From Isurus oxyrinchus (taxonomy: Eukaryota), in NCBI GenBank assembly GCA_026770705.1, contig JANJGN010000026.1, positions 38,316,001-38,380,000 of the forward strand: a DNA stretch of 64,000 nucleotides, read 5' to 3'. The first letter of the stretch is position 1. Each line of letters starts with the position of its first letter. Shown in pieces: positions 38,109-51,259 of the stretch. The notes below the pieces were generated by a model. The model saw nothing but the letters and a program-made list of their open reading frames with translations, searched no databases and was not told the DNA's origin. The translations under genes and the position numbers were made by a program.

Positions 38109-39033
38109 TGCACCGAGTGCGAGAGCCGCTTTACTGTTTTTGGACCATCAGCATTGCGAGTGGCGCCGTTATAAAATGATCCGTAGGTAGGAGATATGAG
38201 TGCCAAAATAAAGAAAACATAGAAGAGAAAGATTGAAAGAGAGTCAGAAATAAACAGAGCTGCAAACATAGACGAAGAAAAAGGAAGAGTAAAGACGTAA
38301 GCCAGAATATGTAGCGCAAAAGAACGAGAGAAAAAGTGCAGTAATAATACTTGAACAGGACATATATTCAGGAAACTACTGAAAGAGACAGCAAAAAGAG
38401 ATAGGAAGAAAAGAGAGAGAAAGGAGGTGAAGAAAACGGATTTAACCATTGAGGACAGACGTGCACTGAGCTGATCCACCGGGGCAACCCCACTCAAGGG
38501 CATTGACCAGATCTTCTTTTCATTCAATCAGTTGCATTGTTCAGCTGAATAAATTTTATTAAGCTATACGTTTCATTTTCTCTGGTTTATCTGTTTTTAC
38601 TTCTAATTAACCCCTTCTGTTCAGTTTGTCGTTGTTCACTTCCCTCCAGCTCCGCGATTCACTTTGCGATCGGTAGATTGCCCCATTAACGTGACCCCGG
38701 TCTCAGGTTCTGTAATATGTTGTCGCTCAGGTTCAATGGAGGTTGGGTTTCAGTACCCTCTTCCTTGGAGATTATCTCAACATAGCTCCCTGATTTGAGT
38801 GACAGAAATAGTTGATTAGAAACGGGAAGGAGAGTTTAATTGGCAGATTTATCTTTGGCGTCGCTCCGATTGGATTCTGAAGTTTGTTCCTCTCGGCCGC
38901 TCCTGGAAACTGTTGGCGACAACCTTATTCAAGGTTTATTTGGTTTCCTCTCGCATCTTGTTTGAAATGCTTCATTGGTGCGATTGCGCACACCCGTCAA
39001 CAGATAGGAGCTCAGACATACAGTCCAAAGCAG

Positions 39034-39538
39034 GTTTTTTGTGCAGGTGTGGAATTGCTTTCCACAGCTCTGTGTCCCAGGGACCGCAGTGATGCACCGC
39101 AGGCATCATTACTAAAGGGTAAATCTGGACTAAACAAGTTTTATTTTACCTCTAATTTCCAAAGTATGGATTGAATCTGAACTTTAAACATCCGTGAGTC
39201 AATATTTTTTTTTCCCAATGGGCCCTGTTTTTCAAATATGATTCACAGGGATTATATTACTCAGTCGCTTTCCTCAGATGCCAAGGCAGAAGGAGCTACG
39301 CTGAATTTAAGTCACATCTATGATACTGCTTGGAGCAGATATAATTTATACCGTTACCGGCAACACTCAGACACGCAACCCGAGTTTCGACTGTGGAAGT
39401 ATTCTCTTGGTAATTTAGATGAAGCAGAGTTTGACGAAGTCGTTTCTCTACAGATCTACAGACCTCGACTAAGTTCATCAGTTGAAATATTTCAAGGCTT
39501 CAGCTGCCTGACGCAGCCCAGATGCTGAGTCGCCACAT
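39034..39538 (-). pseudogene. V pseudogene with an internal inversion of ~39100-39510
   Basis: Minus strand holds the leader start (ATG 39538) and the V end AVHHCGPW plus a degenerate RSS (39074-39034). Plus strand holds the leader end ASLLKG|GT (39119), the intron and most of the V exon (ITQSLSSDAKAEG..LQLPDAA). Confidence 0.8.
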
Positions 39539-42052
39539 TGCCACTGTCCGCTCTGTAAAAGGGGAGTTGGATATTTGAAGGCGCCCTTTTACATCTTCAG
39601 TCTCAATGATCTGCTGCCGTGTCTCATGATGCTCTCACCTCACTTTCCTCTATCTTCGGTGGTGTCCTGAGTCCGGTAAGTGGTGATCTGGCTGTCAGTT
39701 AGTGGAAACACCTCGAACTCGGCTATAGTCAGTGCAGAAGGGTGCACCCTCCGATCCCGCAAAGTGGAAGAGGTGAAGTTACACTCTCCAATTACAAAGA
39801 GACCAGAGACTCACAGGCTTCTTTTAACCGGTTTTATTCAAGCATATGCAAGGCAGCTGCAATCATTTCTAAGAATGAAGACCCAGTTCCCAGATTGATT
39901 ACTTTTCATTACTTATGTACTTATCATAATACATTTGAATACATTTGAATACATCCAATCAGTAACCGACACACCGGTCTCTTGGTAACCCCATCCAATT
40001 GAGTAAATAAACATGTGATTTTGCTAACCAATTATTCTAAAGGAGATATACATAATTATGTTATCCAATCAAAATTAAAACTCGTACAACAAAGACCTTG
40101 GTTTTCACAGCTCAAGACTGTTTGCGTTTCATCAAAGCCCCCTCTTTGTCCATTGTATGTCTTCCCATATCTAAGTTAAAACCATCTGCCCCTTCCCTAT
40201 GTGAAAGGGGAGTACACTTAATTTATTTTATGCCCTGCTTGTGTCTTCAGCCTGATTCTCAAGTCTGTGCAATATTCATCTGTTAATCGTCAACTCTTAA
40301 TATGCTTAGCAGCCATGTCTACCTGAGGATTTTAAGTTTTCTTCAGTAAATTCTTACAGTGTTCTCTTTTAGCACGTTTAATTTCTCCCTAAGAGTCACT
40401 TTTTTCATAGGCGTGATTGTGTCGTTGTTAAAAACTTTGGGATCATGTGTGTAAGGGTGGGGTGGGGTAGCAGAATGGTGGGAGGGGACAGAATTCATTG
40501 ATTGGTTCTTGTGATTATTAATGATTTTGGTTTATTCCAGCGTTAATTCTTCCTCTTACATTTAGCAGCTTCACCAACAGGATGCTGCTAACTGTGACTC
40601 CAGTGACCTTTTCCTGACAGATCAGGGAACCAGTGGTTGAAGTTTGATTCTGTAATTCTTCGCAGTTATTTATGGGGTCTTCATATTAGAACAATGATAC
40701 CTGTTGTTACTGAACAAACAATTTTACAGACCGAAAGAATTAGCTCACGCTTTAATTTAACTTTTACCTAAGTTCCACAATGAACTACCTTTTTGACAAC
40801 TGCCCTTATAGTGTCTTAACTGAAATATCCATGAAATATTACCCAAGTTAAGAAATTGCCTTCGACTGCAAATAGAAGTACAATCTACAGCTTCCCAGAA
40901 ACAAAACGTGCTGATGTGGTTTTGAAAAAGCAGATTCTAACAAACTGTTTCACAGGACCAATGTTCTCCAGGCCTCAGGCTGCTACTTTCTACAATTAAA
41001 AACCTTTCACATGCAAAACAAAGGAGCTGGTCTCCAGCGAGACATCCCCGCCCCCGCCGCCCTCGTCGTCCCGCCCCCAGCAATTCACTGCAGCTTAAAG
41101 GCTGCTTTCCTAAATACTTTTTTTCTTTTTCATGTTCCCCATTGTCTTCACAAACCCCTTTAACCTTGGGTTTCCCAAATATTAAAACCTTTCATGTTCC
41201 TATGTTACCTTTATTTCGCATCTCACGAATCTCCGGTAAGATGAAAATGTTCTTTGAACCTCTTTTGAAATGCACTAGCTGCACATGAATTTTAACACAA
41301 CACCAAATGTATATTTCAAATCTACTTTGTTTACTTGTAAATTAAAACCCACCACAAGACCTCAATTCAAATGCAAAGAGATAACACATTTACTCTTTCA
41401 CCCCTTAGACTCCACAAAGAATTTGACTCCAGGAACCTCTGCATTGATTAAACCTGAACATACACAGGCACAGCTTTCCTTACCTACACAGGGTATATTC
41501 ATAAACACACAAAAATAAAAAGATGCACATATAATCACACCTCTCATTGGTTTAATGTGGCAGGAGGGAGAATAGCTCTAGACTGGTTTCATAGCCTCCA
41601 GGGTAAGATGTAGAGCGGGTTCTCGTTGACATGAACTCGTTAGCAGCAGAAGATGAATATCTCTACAACTCTCACTCAGATTACAAAAGCACATGGAGCA
41701 AAGAAATAAACAAATCACAAGATTTTTAGATTTAGCTTTTCCCCTTTATCATCGATCCCCTCTAACTGTACAGTTCATTGCTTCAGAAAACTGATCTCAC
41801 CTCGGCTCTTTATTCCTCCCTCCATTTTCCATATCTTCCACTCACCTGTCCCACTCATTGCTTACTACCTGAAGCCTATCCTTCAATATGTGGGTTTACT
41901 TTGTCATCCTATTGTCCAATGGACCCTCACATACCATTAAAGTATTCTGATTTGAATTATTAAATTGCTATTTATTACAAAATGAGTCAGATTTTGGAGA
42001 TACAGCAGTTAACCCGCTGCGCTGGCCTGATGAAAGGAACGTTGTGGCATTA

Positions 42053-42065
42053 CGCCCCCTGGTGG
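42053..42065 (-). promoter_or_regulatory. Consensus CTCF motif CCACCAGGGGGCG
   Basis: Perfect match to the CTCF core. Confidence 0.65.
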
Positions 42066-42539
42066 GCATTCTATGAAGTGTTCAGATGCCCCTGAGAGGC
42101 TGTGAGAGATCCAATGTTCATTCAATAACCCGATATGAGATTTCTGGTTCAAAGGAAGCTCGGTTGGAGAAGTTTTGAATTCACATGCCGAGCAGAAACA
42201 ATGGTTTATATAGTTAAACTATATACTGGAAAAAGGAAAGTTCAACAATCATGGGTAAAAGTGGAGACAGGCAATGATAAGGCACAGGGCCAAAAAGGAA
42301 ATCATCAGACAAAGGGTGAGTTCAGGCTGCATTGGTGCATTTGTGGAGTTTGTATTTTATTACATATATAACTTAAAATTACAAACGAATATATTTTTGC
42401 CAGTGGACCTCATCTGTTCTTTTTGAGTGCCTTACTTCATTACACTTTTTAAAACCTCTCTGTGACTCTCCCTGAATTATTGCTTCCGTTTATTGCTGCG
42501 AGAATGGCCTCTCTTGAGCAGTAACTGGAATATTCAACG

Positions 42540-43050
42540 TCTTTTTGTTTGGGATCCGCTGTATCCCTGAAAGTGCGTCGTGCTCATGGTACAGAAAAAC
42601 AAGACGGGGTCGGAGATCAGGACATTGATGATCGTTGACTCGTTGGTATTAGCAGTTTTACTGAACGTGCAGGAGAATCGATCAGCAATTTAAAGGTTCT
42701 TGTTGACTGTCTCTCCGATGATCTGGAACACCCACTGCGACCTGAATCGGTAGTGCTGACTGTAACAGAAAACTGAAGGGTTAGAATCACTTGTTTCCGA
42801 GATGCAGCTCACTGTGACATTAATCTCCTTTTCAAGCATCATTTCTGGAACTAACTTTTCCACTGAGTTTTGTTCCCTCTTTTCTAACATAAAATAAAGC
42901 AACGCTCATTACCGTCATCATTACCATTGTCACAGTTTTATTTTTTAGCAGAATTAGTAGCTAAACTACGGCAGTCAGGGGGATAATTGATTTTATTAGG
43001 AAGGAAGTACGTACTCAGCAGTGATTTAATGATGAGGAAATGGCCATGCG
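42540..43050 (-). pseudogene. TCR V pseudogene
   Basis: V exon from 42883: NVTVSC..FCYSQ (conserved Trp changed to Cys), stop at 42690, ..ISDPVLFFCTMS. Heptamer lost, nonamer ACAAAAAGA. Degenerate leader at ~43010-43050. Confidence 0.85.
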
Positions 43051-44269
43051 AGCTGCTGTTTGAGTTTGTAACCCCGCATTCATTTAATTCTCCGTCGGAT
43101 CAGAAATGCAGATTTCCATCCCAGTGCACTGCTGATCCAAACAAATGCCAAACAGGGGGTAACGGCAGCATTCTGCCCAAAAAAACAGAGCAAGCAAGGC
43201 AGTCAATGTAAAGCAGAAGGCGAAAGCTGCGGGCGAGGCTGAGGCGGTGCTTGTTATTGCAGTGTTATTGCAGAATCCATTTGTCATGCTCTGAATTCAA
43301 TAGTAACGTACCCATCAGAAATTCTGTAACTTTGCATCCCTATAAGGTCTGCCGTCGCTTCATATTCATTGCAAATTCGAAGTCAAAAGGCTCGCGGATG
43401 GAAACGCAGAATGATTATGTTGTTCAATATTTACTAAAATCTTCATCATTGACACTGGTGTAAAAAAACACTGGGACTGAAACTGGCGATGACAAATAGA
43501 GCAAAACGGCAATAGATTCCTATTTTCTGGTTGATGCACACACTTAAACTTAACTATCTTATGAAATTGTGGAAGTGTAACGGAAAATATCACATTAAAA
43601 ACTATAAATCTGGCATAAAACGATTTTAGGTTAATTTGTATTCAGAAAATCGATATTAGCCGATGCAACGTAGACGGGTGAAAATCACGATCTGTGTACG
43701 CTACCTGCTGGGTGGGGTTAAAGCATCCGCATTTACTGATCTCACAGGGCACGGATACTGGACGAAAATTCCCCAGTGCCTTCTCCCCGTGGGTCACAGG
43801 ACACAAAGGTAAACTACGCGATTAGTGAACTGCACCTCAGTCAGTGTAAAATCATTTAATTTTCAGAACGATTCAATAATTGACAGATCGGCCATTAGAA
43901 CAATCCTTTCCATAGGAGTGTTTTCTAATTATGAAAGTTGACGCCTTGCTGTGGGTCTGACCATAACGTTCAATGTATAACAGCTTGATCCAGCGGTTCA
44001 ACAGTTATAATTAGTTTTCGTTGAGGTCCTTTCCAGATATTGGGTTGCTGATGGCCACTGCTTGGTGGAGTCTCCAGAACTCAATCCTACAGAAAGGATT
44101 TCTGGTTACTCATACAAAGAGCATGAAGAACAGATCATTGGCATGTTTCCGTAATAATATGTCGTTTTATTTAACAGTGTATACACTGGGAGACAAAGAG
44201 GAAGAGAGAGAGAAAGGCTTGAATAACGGCTGGACATTCATAGGTAGACAGGTTGATAAACAAATGTAG

Positions 44270-44465
44270 AGATACAGATGGTGAAACAGAGAGAAAGACA
44301 AAAACAGGGAAAGAGAGAGGGAGAGAGAAACAGCGAGAGAGACAGATAGATAGAGAATGATGGAAGGAGATCGAGGGAGAGTAGGAGAGAGAGAGCTAGA
44401 GAATAGAAAGGGAGGGGCATAGTTGTGTGTGACGGAGAGAGAGAGAGAGAAAGACAGAGAGGCAA
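44270..44465. repeat. GA-rich low-complexity tract
   Basis: Visible directly. Confidence 0.8.
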
Positions 44466-44699
44466 AAAGGCAGCCAACTAGACAGACCCAGACATTATTC
44501 ATTAGAAGATTGTTGCAGTAAGAGTGAAATGGACAGGCAGACACCTATATAGTAAGATTTAAACCAAACGGATAGTACCGCACGAAGGACAAACATAGCA
44601 GGAACTCGAAACTCCATTTTGGCCGCTTTTAACCCGTTTATGCCTGAGTGTGAATATTGTGTCTACATCTATTTATCTATCTGTATTTGTGGTGGGGAG

Positions 44700-45565
44700 C
44701 ATTTGAGTGGGAATTAGGGGGGTCCTTCTCAGGATGGCGGCTGGTGACTAGTGAAGTTCCGCAGGGGTCAGTGTTGGGACAACAGCTTTTCACTTTATAC
44801 ATTAATGATACAGATGAAGGAACTGAGGGTGTCCTGGCTAAGTTTGTAGATGACGCAAAGATAGGTGGAGGGACAGGTAGCATTGAGGAGGCATGGAGGC
44901 TGCAGAAGAATTTGGACAGGTTAGGAGAATGGGCAAAGAAGTGGCAGATGGAATAAAATGTGAGGAAATGTGAGGTCATGAACTTTGGTAGGAAGAATGG
45001 AGACATGGACTATTTTCTAAATGGGGAGAGAATTCAGAAATCTGGAGTGCAAACGGACTTGGGAATCCTAGTCCAGGATTCTCTTAAGGTTAACTTGCAG
45101 GTTGACGTGGTAGTTAGGAAGGCAAATGCAATGTTGGCATTTATTCCGAGAGGACCAGAATATAAAAGCAGGAATGTGCTGCTGAGGCTTTAAAAGGCCC
45201 TGGTCAGACCACATTTAGAATATTGTGAGCAATTTTGGGCCCCGTATCTCAGGAAGGATGTGCTGGCACTGGAGAGGGTCCAGAGTAGGTTCACGAGAAC
45301 GATCCCAGGAATGAAAGGCTTAACATATGAGGAACGTTTGAGGACTCTAGGTCTATACTTGATGGAGTTTAGAAGGGTGAGAGGGGATCTGATTGAAACT
45401 TACAGAATACTGAAAGGCCTGGATAGAGTGGATGTGGGGAAGATATTTCCATTAGTAGGGGAGACTAGGACCTGAGGGCACAACCTCGAAGTAAAGGGAA
45501 GACCTTTCAGAACAGATATGAAGCGAAACTTCTTTAGCCAGAAAGTGCTGAATCTATGTAATTCA
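44700..45565 (+). mobile_element. CR1-type LINE RT fragment
   Basis: [39 protein letters not shown] motifs. Confidence 0.92.
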
Positions 45566-45950
45566 TTGCAAAGTGGTCGCCCAGTCTGAATTTGGTCTCT
45601 CCAATGTAGAGGAGACCGCATGGGGAGCAACGAATGCAGCAGAGCAAATTGAAGGAGGTGCAAATGAAGCGCTGCTTCGCCTGAAAGGAGTCTTTGGGCC
45701 CGTGGGCGGTGAGGAAGGACGAGGTAATGGGGCAGGTGTTGCACCTTCTGCGATTGCCAACTCCAGCACGATGCCACCACCAAACACACCAACCCTTCAC
45801 CAACCCTGTCGGCATTCTGTGGGGGCTGTTCCCTCGACGACAGCCTGGTCCACTCCTCCATCACCGCTAACACTTCATCAATCTCCCAAGGCACCTTCCT
45901 GTGCAATCGCAGAAGGTGCATCACCTGCCCCTTTACCTCCTCCCTCCTCA
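45566..45950. mobile_element. Rearranged (inverted) Penelope GIY-YIG fragments
   Basis: Minus strand CNTCP..CIRCSPCGLLYIGETK.RLGDHF (45570-45755), joined to a plus-strand linker fragment (45760-45950). Confidence 0.85.
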
Positions 45951-46281
45951 CAAAAATTATGCTGTTTAACTTTAATGAAAGGCCACTGACGGTGAAGGAA
46001 GGAGATTCAATATAATGTTACGTCTGAGGTGATGTAGGCCATGTGTTCAAATTGTTGGGAAGGTTTCGGTTTATTTTCCGGAGATGCGTGTGCTGTCATG
46101 ATTGGATTTATTGCCTAACTTTACTTGCCTTTATGTAACTGAGCACCTTGCTGGGCCATATGACCAGAATGTTAAGAAAAACGACTTTCGTGTGGTACTG
46201 ACGCTCCTCTCTTGGGCCAACTGGGTACTGATCACAACTGCGGACCCACCAGCAACGACAACATCTGAGAATAAATTTACA

Positions 46282-46331
46282 TGTCACGTCCTTTCGTCCA
46301 ATCAGATTGGATCTCTCCCTCATATGCTAAT
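46282..46331 (+). promoter_or_regulatory. Candidate promoter of the 46477 V: CRE-like site, palindromic CCAAT pair and octamer-like ATGCTAAT
   Basis: TGTCACGTC 46282-46290; CCAATCAGATTGG 46298-46310; ATGCTAAT 46324-46331. Confidence 0.45.
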
Positions 46332-46476
46332 TTATCTCAGGAGCGGCTATCGGATGCTCCTGGTTTGTTTAACCCGGCACATACGAGCTACTCAACATAA
46401 GTACTCGATCAGCTTCCCGCAAAGGACAATCAGATCAACCTGCAGAGGCGCACTGCGGCTGGGATTCACAGAGATC

Positions 46477-46975
46477 ATGCATTTAAAATTCACCCTTTTA
46501 ACTACCCTCACCTACTTAGCACTTGGTAAGTCTACATGGGAAGTTATAGTACAAACCATTAAAAACTCACTGATTCTTAGAAAATTCACAATTCAGTTGT
46601 AATCCATACTTTCAATTAGATCTGAGTCACGAAGATTCTGTGTCCCAGGATTGGTCAGCAGTCGTCCTGAAAATCGGACAGACGTTCAGAACGCAGTGCA
46701 GCTATTCGACAACAGCAACCTGGTATGACCTGTACTGGTACCGAAAGTATCCCGATGATCGCCCGGAGATGATTGTGTGGAGAAGTACCAGTGGCAGTGG
46801 AGGGAAAGCGGAAAACATTGGGAATCGCTTCAGTTCTGTAATAAACAAATCGTCAAAAACGTCTGTTTTAACAGTCACTGCTCTTCAGCTGAGCGACACG
46901 GCACTCTACCTTTGTGGATTCGCCCGATCAGATCGACACAGTGACACAACCCAATCCTTCTCTCGTACAAAAACT
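46477..46975 (+). CDS. TCR delta/alpha-like V segment, apparently functional (leader 46477-46525, V exon 46620-46936, 23-RSS)
   Basis: MHLKFTLLTTLTYLAL, GTAAGT..TAG intron, DLSHEDSVSQ..TQCSYSTTATWYDLYWYRKYPDDRPEM..NRFSSVINKSSKTSVLTVTALQLSDTALYLCGFARSDR. RSS CACAGTG(46937-46943)-23-ACAAAAACT(46967-46975). Confidence 0.96.
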
Positions 46976-47039
46976 GACTGCATCTGTTTTCACAGAGGAT
47001 GTTTCATTGTGGTCAGGACGAGGTTGCAACAAGACTGCA

Positions 47040-47530
47040 ATTCCCATGAACTGATCAAACCGCCATAGCACTGGCGCCTATCCTGCTCTTTGAAAGATCT
47101 ATCCAATTAATTTCAACTGACCTACCTTGCCCCACTGCATTGGAATATATATCTTCCTTCAAGAAATTATCCAGTTGACTTTTTGATAGTTACTATTGAA
47201 TCTGCTTCTACAACCATTTCCAGCAATGCATTCCATACAACAACTCGTATGTAAAAATATCGACTCATCTCTATCTCGTTTTTTTTTGTCGATCACGTCG
47301 TATCAGTCTCCTATTATTGAGGACTTTACTTCCAATAGAAGCAATTTTTCCCTACGCTACTCTATCAAAATTTGGAGCAGTTATATTCAATCTGCTCTCA
47401 ACTGCCTTTGCTCAAACCAGAATAATCTTAGCCTTTCGAGTCACTCCATATGGCTGAAGTCCAACATCTTTGGTTCCATTCTAATAAATCTGCTCTGCAT
47501 CCATTCGAGTCCTAATATCCTTTCTGAATT
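47040..47530 (-). mobile_element. Old CR1-type LINE 3' fragment
   Basis: Degenerate similarity to the other minus-strand CR1 copies. Confidence 0.55.
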
Positions 47531-47799
47531 GTTATGCATAGGTTTAAGTAGAGTAATCTATCGGATATATCAACATGGATTATATAATCATTTTTGGGAT
47601 GTGCACCGCCAGTATTTATTGTCCAATCGTAATTATTTCTGCAAATAATATGCTTTATCCGTAAAATAACTAAGTATTTTCCAAAACATTTCAAAGTGAA
47701 ATTGCAATAATCCTTAACTTTTGTCCATGCAGCGTGTTGCACTCTGAGGTGCATCATTATAACTGCATTTACTATATACAGTCAATGACAAGTGTACAG

Positions 47800-49960
47800 C
47801 CCGAGGGGTTTTACACAGTTAACCGGCCTTCGGCGCACTATACCTGAAAAGTTCTAGGCAGTGGCCTTTCCCCATTGCACCTTTGCAGCGACTGCCCAAG
47901 CTTTAGTGGATCTCCCAGCACGTAGTCTTGGACTTTGGTATTTGCCAGTGTGCTATGCTCGGCCGTGATCAATTCTTTGCACTAGGGGACCAGCAAGTTT
48001 CAGGCAGAAAAAAGAACCATTTTAACCGAGTTGAACATCTTTCAGCAGTAGTTGATATCTGTCGCTGTGCGTCCCTGGAAACTTCCCACAGAGCTTAGAG
48101 TCCTGCGTGACAGATCTGTTGGGGTGACTAACTCCACCGCATCCCCTTCTTTGCAAAGCCACATTCTAGAAGGAGTTGTTCCACTGTCTGTACACCACCG
48201 CAGCTGCTTTTGAGGCAGCGTGTGGTGGCACAGAGATTTAGGGCGTGCATGAAGGATCTGATGGGGAGGGCCTTTCTCACCACCACACAGCCACGGCCTT
48301 GGTGTTTGATTGAAAGTTCTGGTGCTGAGGTATTTTCCCCAATGACTTTGACAATCTGCTCAAGGATCCATCCGACAAGGCCCAACATCTCCATCTACCT
48401 CAGAGCCGATAGGATGGAACGTGCTGACCGCTGTCTCATGGATTTGTGGTCAGTGAATGTTTTTTTCATACAAACCTTTCCCACCAGGGATGGATGAATG
48501 GACATAGAGCAACTACTTGGAGCGTTCTGAGGTACAGTGGCCAGACTCATTCTTTGCAACACTGGGGACAGGTAGTGACTGCATTTAGTGACACTTGTTG
48601 TTCGCTTATTAAGGGTCTACACACAGCTTGATTCAGGCACACGTAAAGGCGGCCATCAGGATGAGGGTGATGTGAGGCACGTTTCCTTGCCTCCGCCCCA
48701 CCCCACCCCCACCCCTATTCCAGAGCTTCGCACATGGTGTCCCTGTGGGCACGCTCCATCTTTGACCTCCAGATGAAGCAGAATATGACTTCGTGGACTG
48801 CTGCCATGCAGCATCTAGTTGCAGGGCTTACATTATGTACAGCAACACCGAGGGCACTTCACACCTGATGAGCAGGTTGATACTCGCAATGGAGAGGCAG
48901 AGTCGCTCCCCCATGCCCAGTTCCCGCCTCACCTTAGCTATACGTCCTTCCCAGGCTCAGGCGCACGGTCCGGACTCTCACAACCATATCTCCAGGTAGT
49001 CTGACCTGACGATGAAGAGGGCAAAGGGTCTGTCGGCCCAAAAATCATGTACTAGCTCTTGCCACGATTCACCTTAGCTCTGAGGCCAGTTTAAACTGGG
49101 CGCACGTGTTCATGACTGACAGCGGGTCCGAGTATAAGACAGTGACATTGTCTGTATACAGGGAGACGTTGACCTGTCCGCCTCCACTGCCTGAGATCAA
49201 ACCCCTTAAACCTCCAACACCCCCCCGTCCGCCCCCACCCCCTCCCCCCCCCTCCACAACCACCCCCCGTTCCGGCCATCCTTCCTGATTGGCTCAGTTT
49301 TATGCGAAATATGAAGAAGGCAGAGGAGAGAGGGCAGCCCTCTCTGATTTGATTCTTGATTTGATCGGAAACCTTTTCAGTTCTCACCTATTGACTGAAA
49401 CCGTGCGACTGGTCTTTGTGTAGAATAGCTGTATTTGATTGCGGATTCCACACCCAAACTACATTTTGGAGAACATAAGCGTCATCATTCCTGATAAACC
49501 AGCCAATCGTGTGCCTGAGAAATCCCTTCAGTATCTCAGTAAGTGAAGCCTGATCCTGATCTGAGTTACACTTTAATATCAGAAGGAACAACATATTTGG
49601 AACATTCTCTGACTTTCTGTCGAACTCCAAACCAGACACCTTGTTCTCCCTATGTTCCCTTACTACTGATAATAACGGTCTTCCTACTCTTTCAGTGTAT
49701 GCTTAAATAATGGGTCTCGCTTCCATAAATAATGTTGCTCAGACTTTCGAAACTTTCTGCATTTGTCTTACATGAATGAGTGCCGTGTCCGTCTGAATTG
49801 ACATTCTGGAAGGACAGTGCATAGCATTGAACTGGAGAGTTTCATTCCCTCCATCGGCTTGGTCTCTAAACATGCAAACACTCCCTTATCAGGATGATAG
49901 CCCAGCTTGTGGTCAGCAGCCAGCTCACCACCATCACTGTATACACAAGGAAGCGACCTG
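47800..49960 (-). mobile_element. Degenerate L1/Tx1-group LINE ORF2
   Basis: IREGCPLS, VSLYTDNVTV (YADD-like) and C-terminal CGG..TVEQLLLEC zinc-knuckle remnant. Confidence 0.75.
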
Positions 49961-50231
49961 AGAGAGTCCTGAGACACGGCAGCAGAGTATTGAGGATTAG
50001 AACTGCTGTCCTCAAATATGCTTCTTTGCAGATTCAGTCGGATTGGAATCTGCAGTTGTTTTCTCGGCCGCTAGGAAACTGTTGGGTGACAGTTTGATCC
50101 GAGGTGAATGTGGTTTCCTCTCGGTTTGTGTTTGAATGGCCGATAGCATCGCTGAACATTGTGGCTGCATCTGCCCGAGATTCTACACATAAGCCCAAAT
50201 GGACAGGAGTTCCGAGTCACAGTTCAAAGAC

Positions 50232-50728
50232 AGTTTGCGCACAGGGGTGAGACTGTTTTCCATCACTGTGAGTGTGAGAGTGCAGCAATACACGGCAGCG
50301 TCAGTCAGCTGCAGACCCGAGATGGTTCAACTGGTGAATTTCGTGGAGGACTGGAACTCGACTGGGAAACGGATTTGGGCAAAATTTGTTTTTTCTTCAT
50401 AACCGCTCGTGGATTTCAGCAATAAAAACCCGAGCTGTGTGTCTAGATGTATCTATATCAGTATAGCCAAGAGCTGTTTTTTGTCGTATGATAGCTACAG
50501 CTTAAAGTCACCACTTCGCCTTTTGCCTGAGCATCTGAGGGCAGCGGCTCTTACAAAATCTCCATGAATTAGTTCTGAACATGTTGAAACAGAAAATAAA
50601 TCAGACCAGCGGGTGTTTAACATTTAAAGGATGTGCGGAAAATGTGAAAGATGAAGATGAAATGTGTGTGGTCCTCGATTACCTGTCAGTAATGCTCCCC
50701 ACAGAACCCAGAGGCTGAGTTGCCGCAT
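50232..50728 (-). pseudogene. TCR V pseudogene not visible in the ORF track
   Basis: Intact leader MRQLSLWVLWGALLT(G) 50728-50683 with donor GTAATC. V exon from 50574 with frameshifts and stops: GEVVTLSCSY..ISGLQLTDAAVYCCTLT. RSS CACAGTG(50270-50264)-23-GCGCAAACT(50240-50232). Confidence 0.9.
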
Positions 50729-51259
50729 TGTCGCTGTCGGCTCTGTAAAAAGGGAGTTGAATATTTGAAGACACCTGTTCTAAACCCCTTCATCATTAAT
50801 ATGCTGTCGTGTCTCAGGGTGTTCTCACCTCACTTCCTTATGTCCTCAGTGGTGCTGTGAGAGCGGTTGTTGGTGAGCTGGTCCTCAGTGAATGTAAACA
50901 CACCGAACTGGACAATGGTCAGTGCCTTTATAGGGGGAATGGCTCAGCTTTGGAAGCCGAGGGTGGTGTTCTGGTTGTCAGTGTATTTAAATGCCCAAAG
51001 CTGGACGATATTTAATGTGCTCATAGGGGGAATGTTTCAGATTTAGCTACCGATGTAACAGTGGCTGATTATTGTAACTGGAAAACTCAAGGCTGACCTG
51101 ACCAGAAGGAGAGTCGGAACAGTGACTCCGCTGAGTTTTCCCTCAAGTGTCAGTTAACTATTGAGCTAAGAACGATTCTGTATTTTGTCTCAGTGATTTA
51201 TAATGGTGATATCTGTTGTTACCGAACAAGTACTTGAGCAAACCTAGAGGAATTAACAT

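Noticed and set aside
39775-41545. Solo LTRs (39775-40358 and ~40706-41540)
   Set aside because: TG..CA-like ends and AATAAA are suggestive, but I could not confirm a TSD or a second copy.
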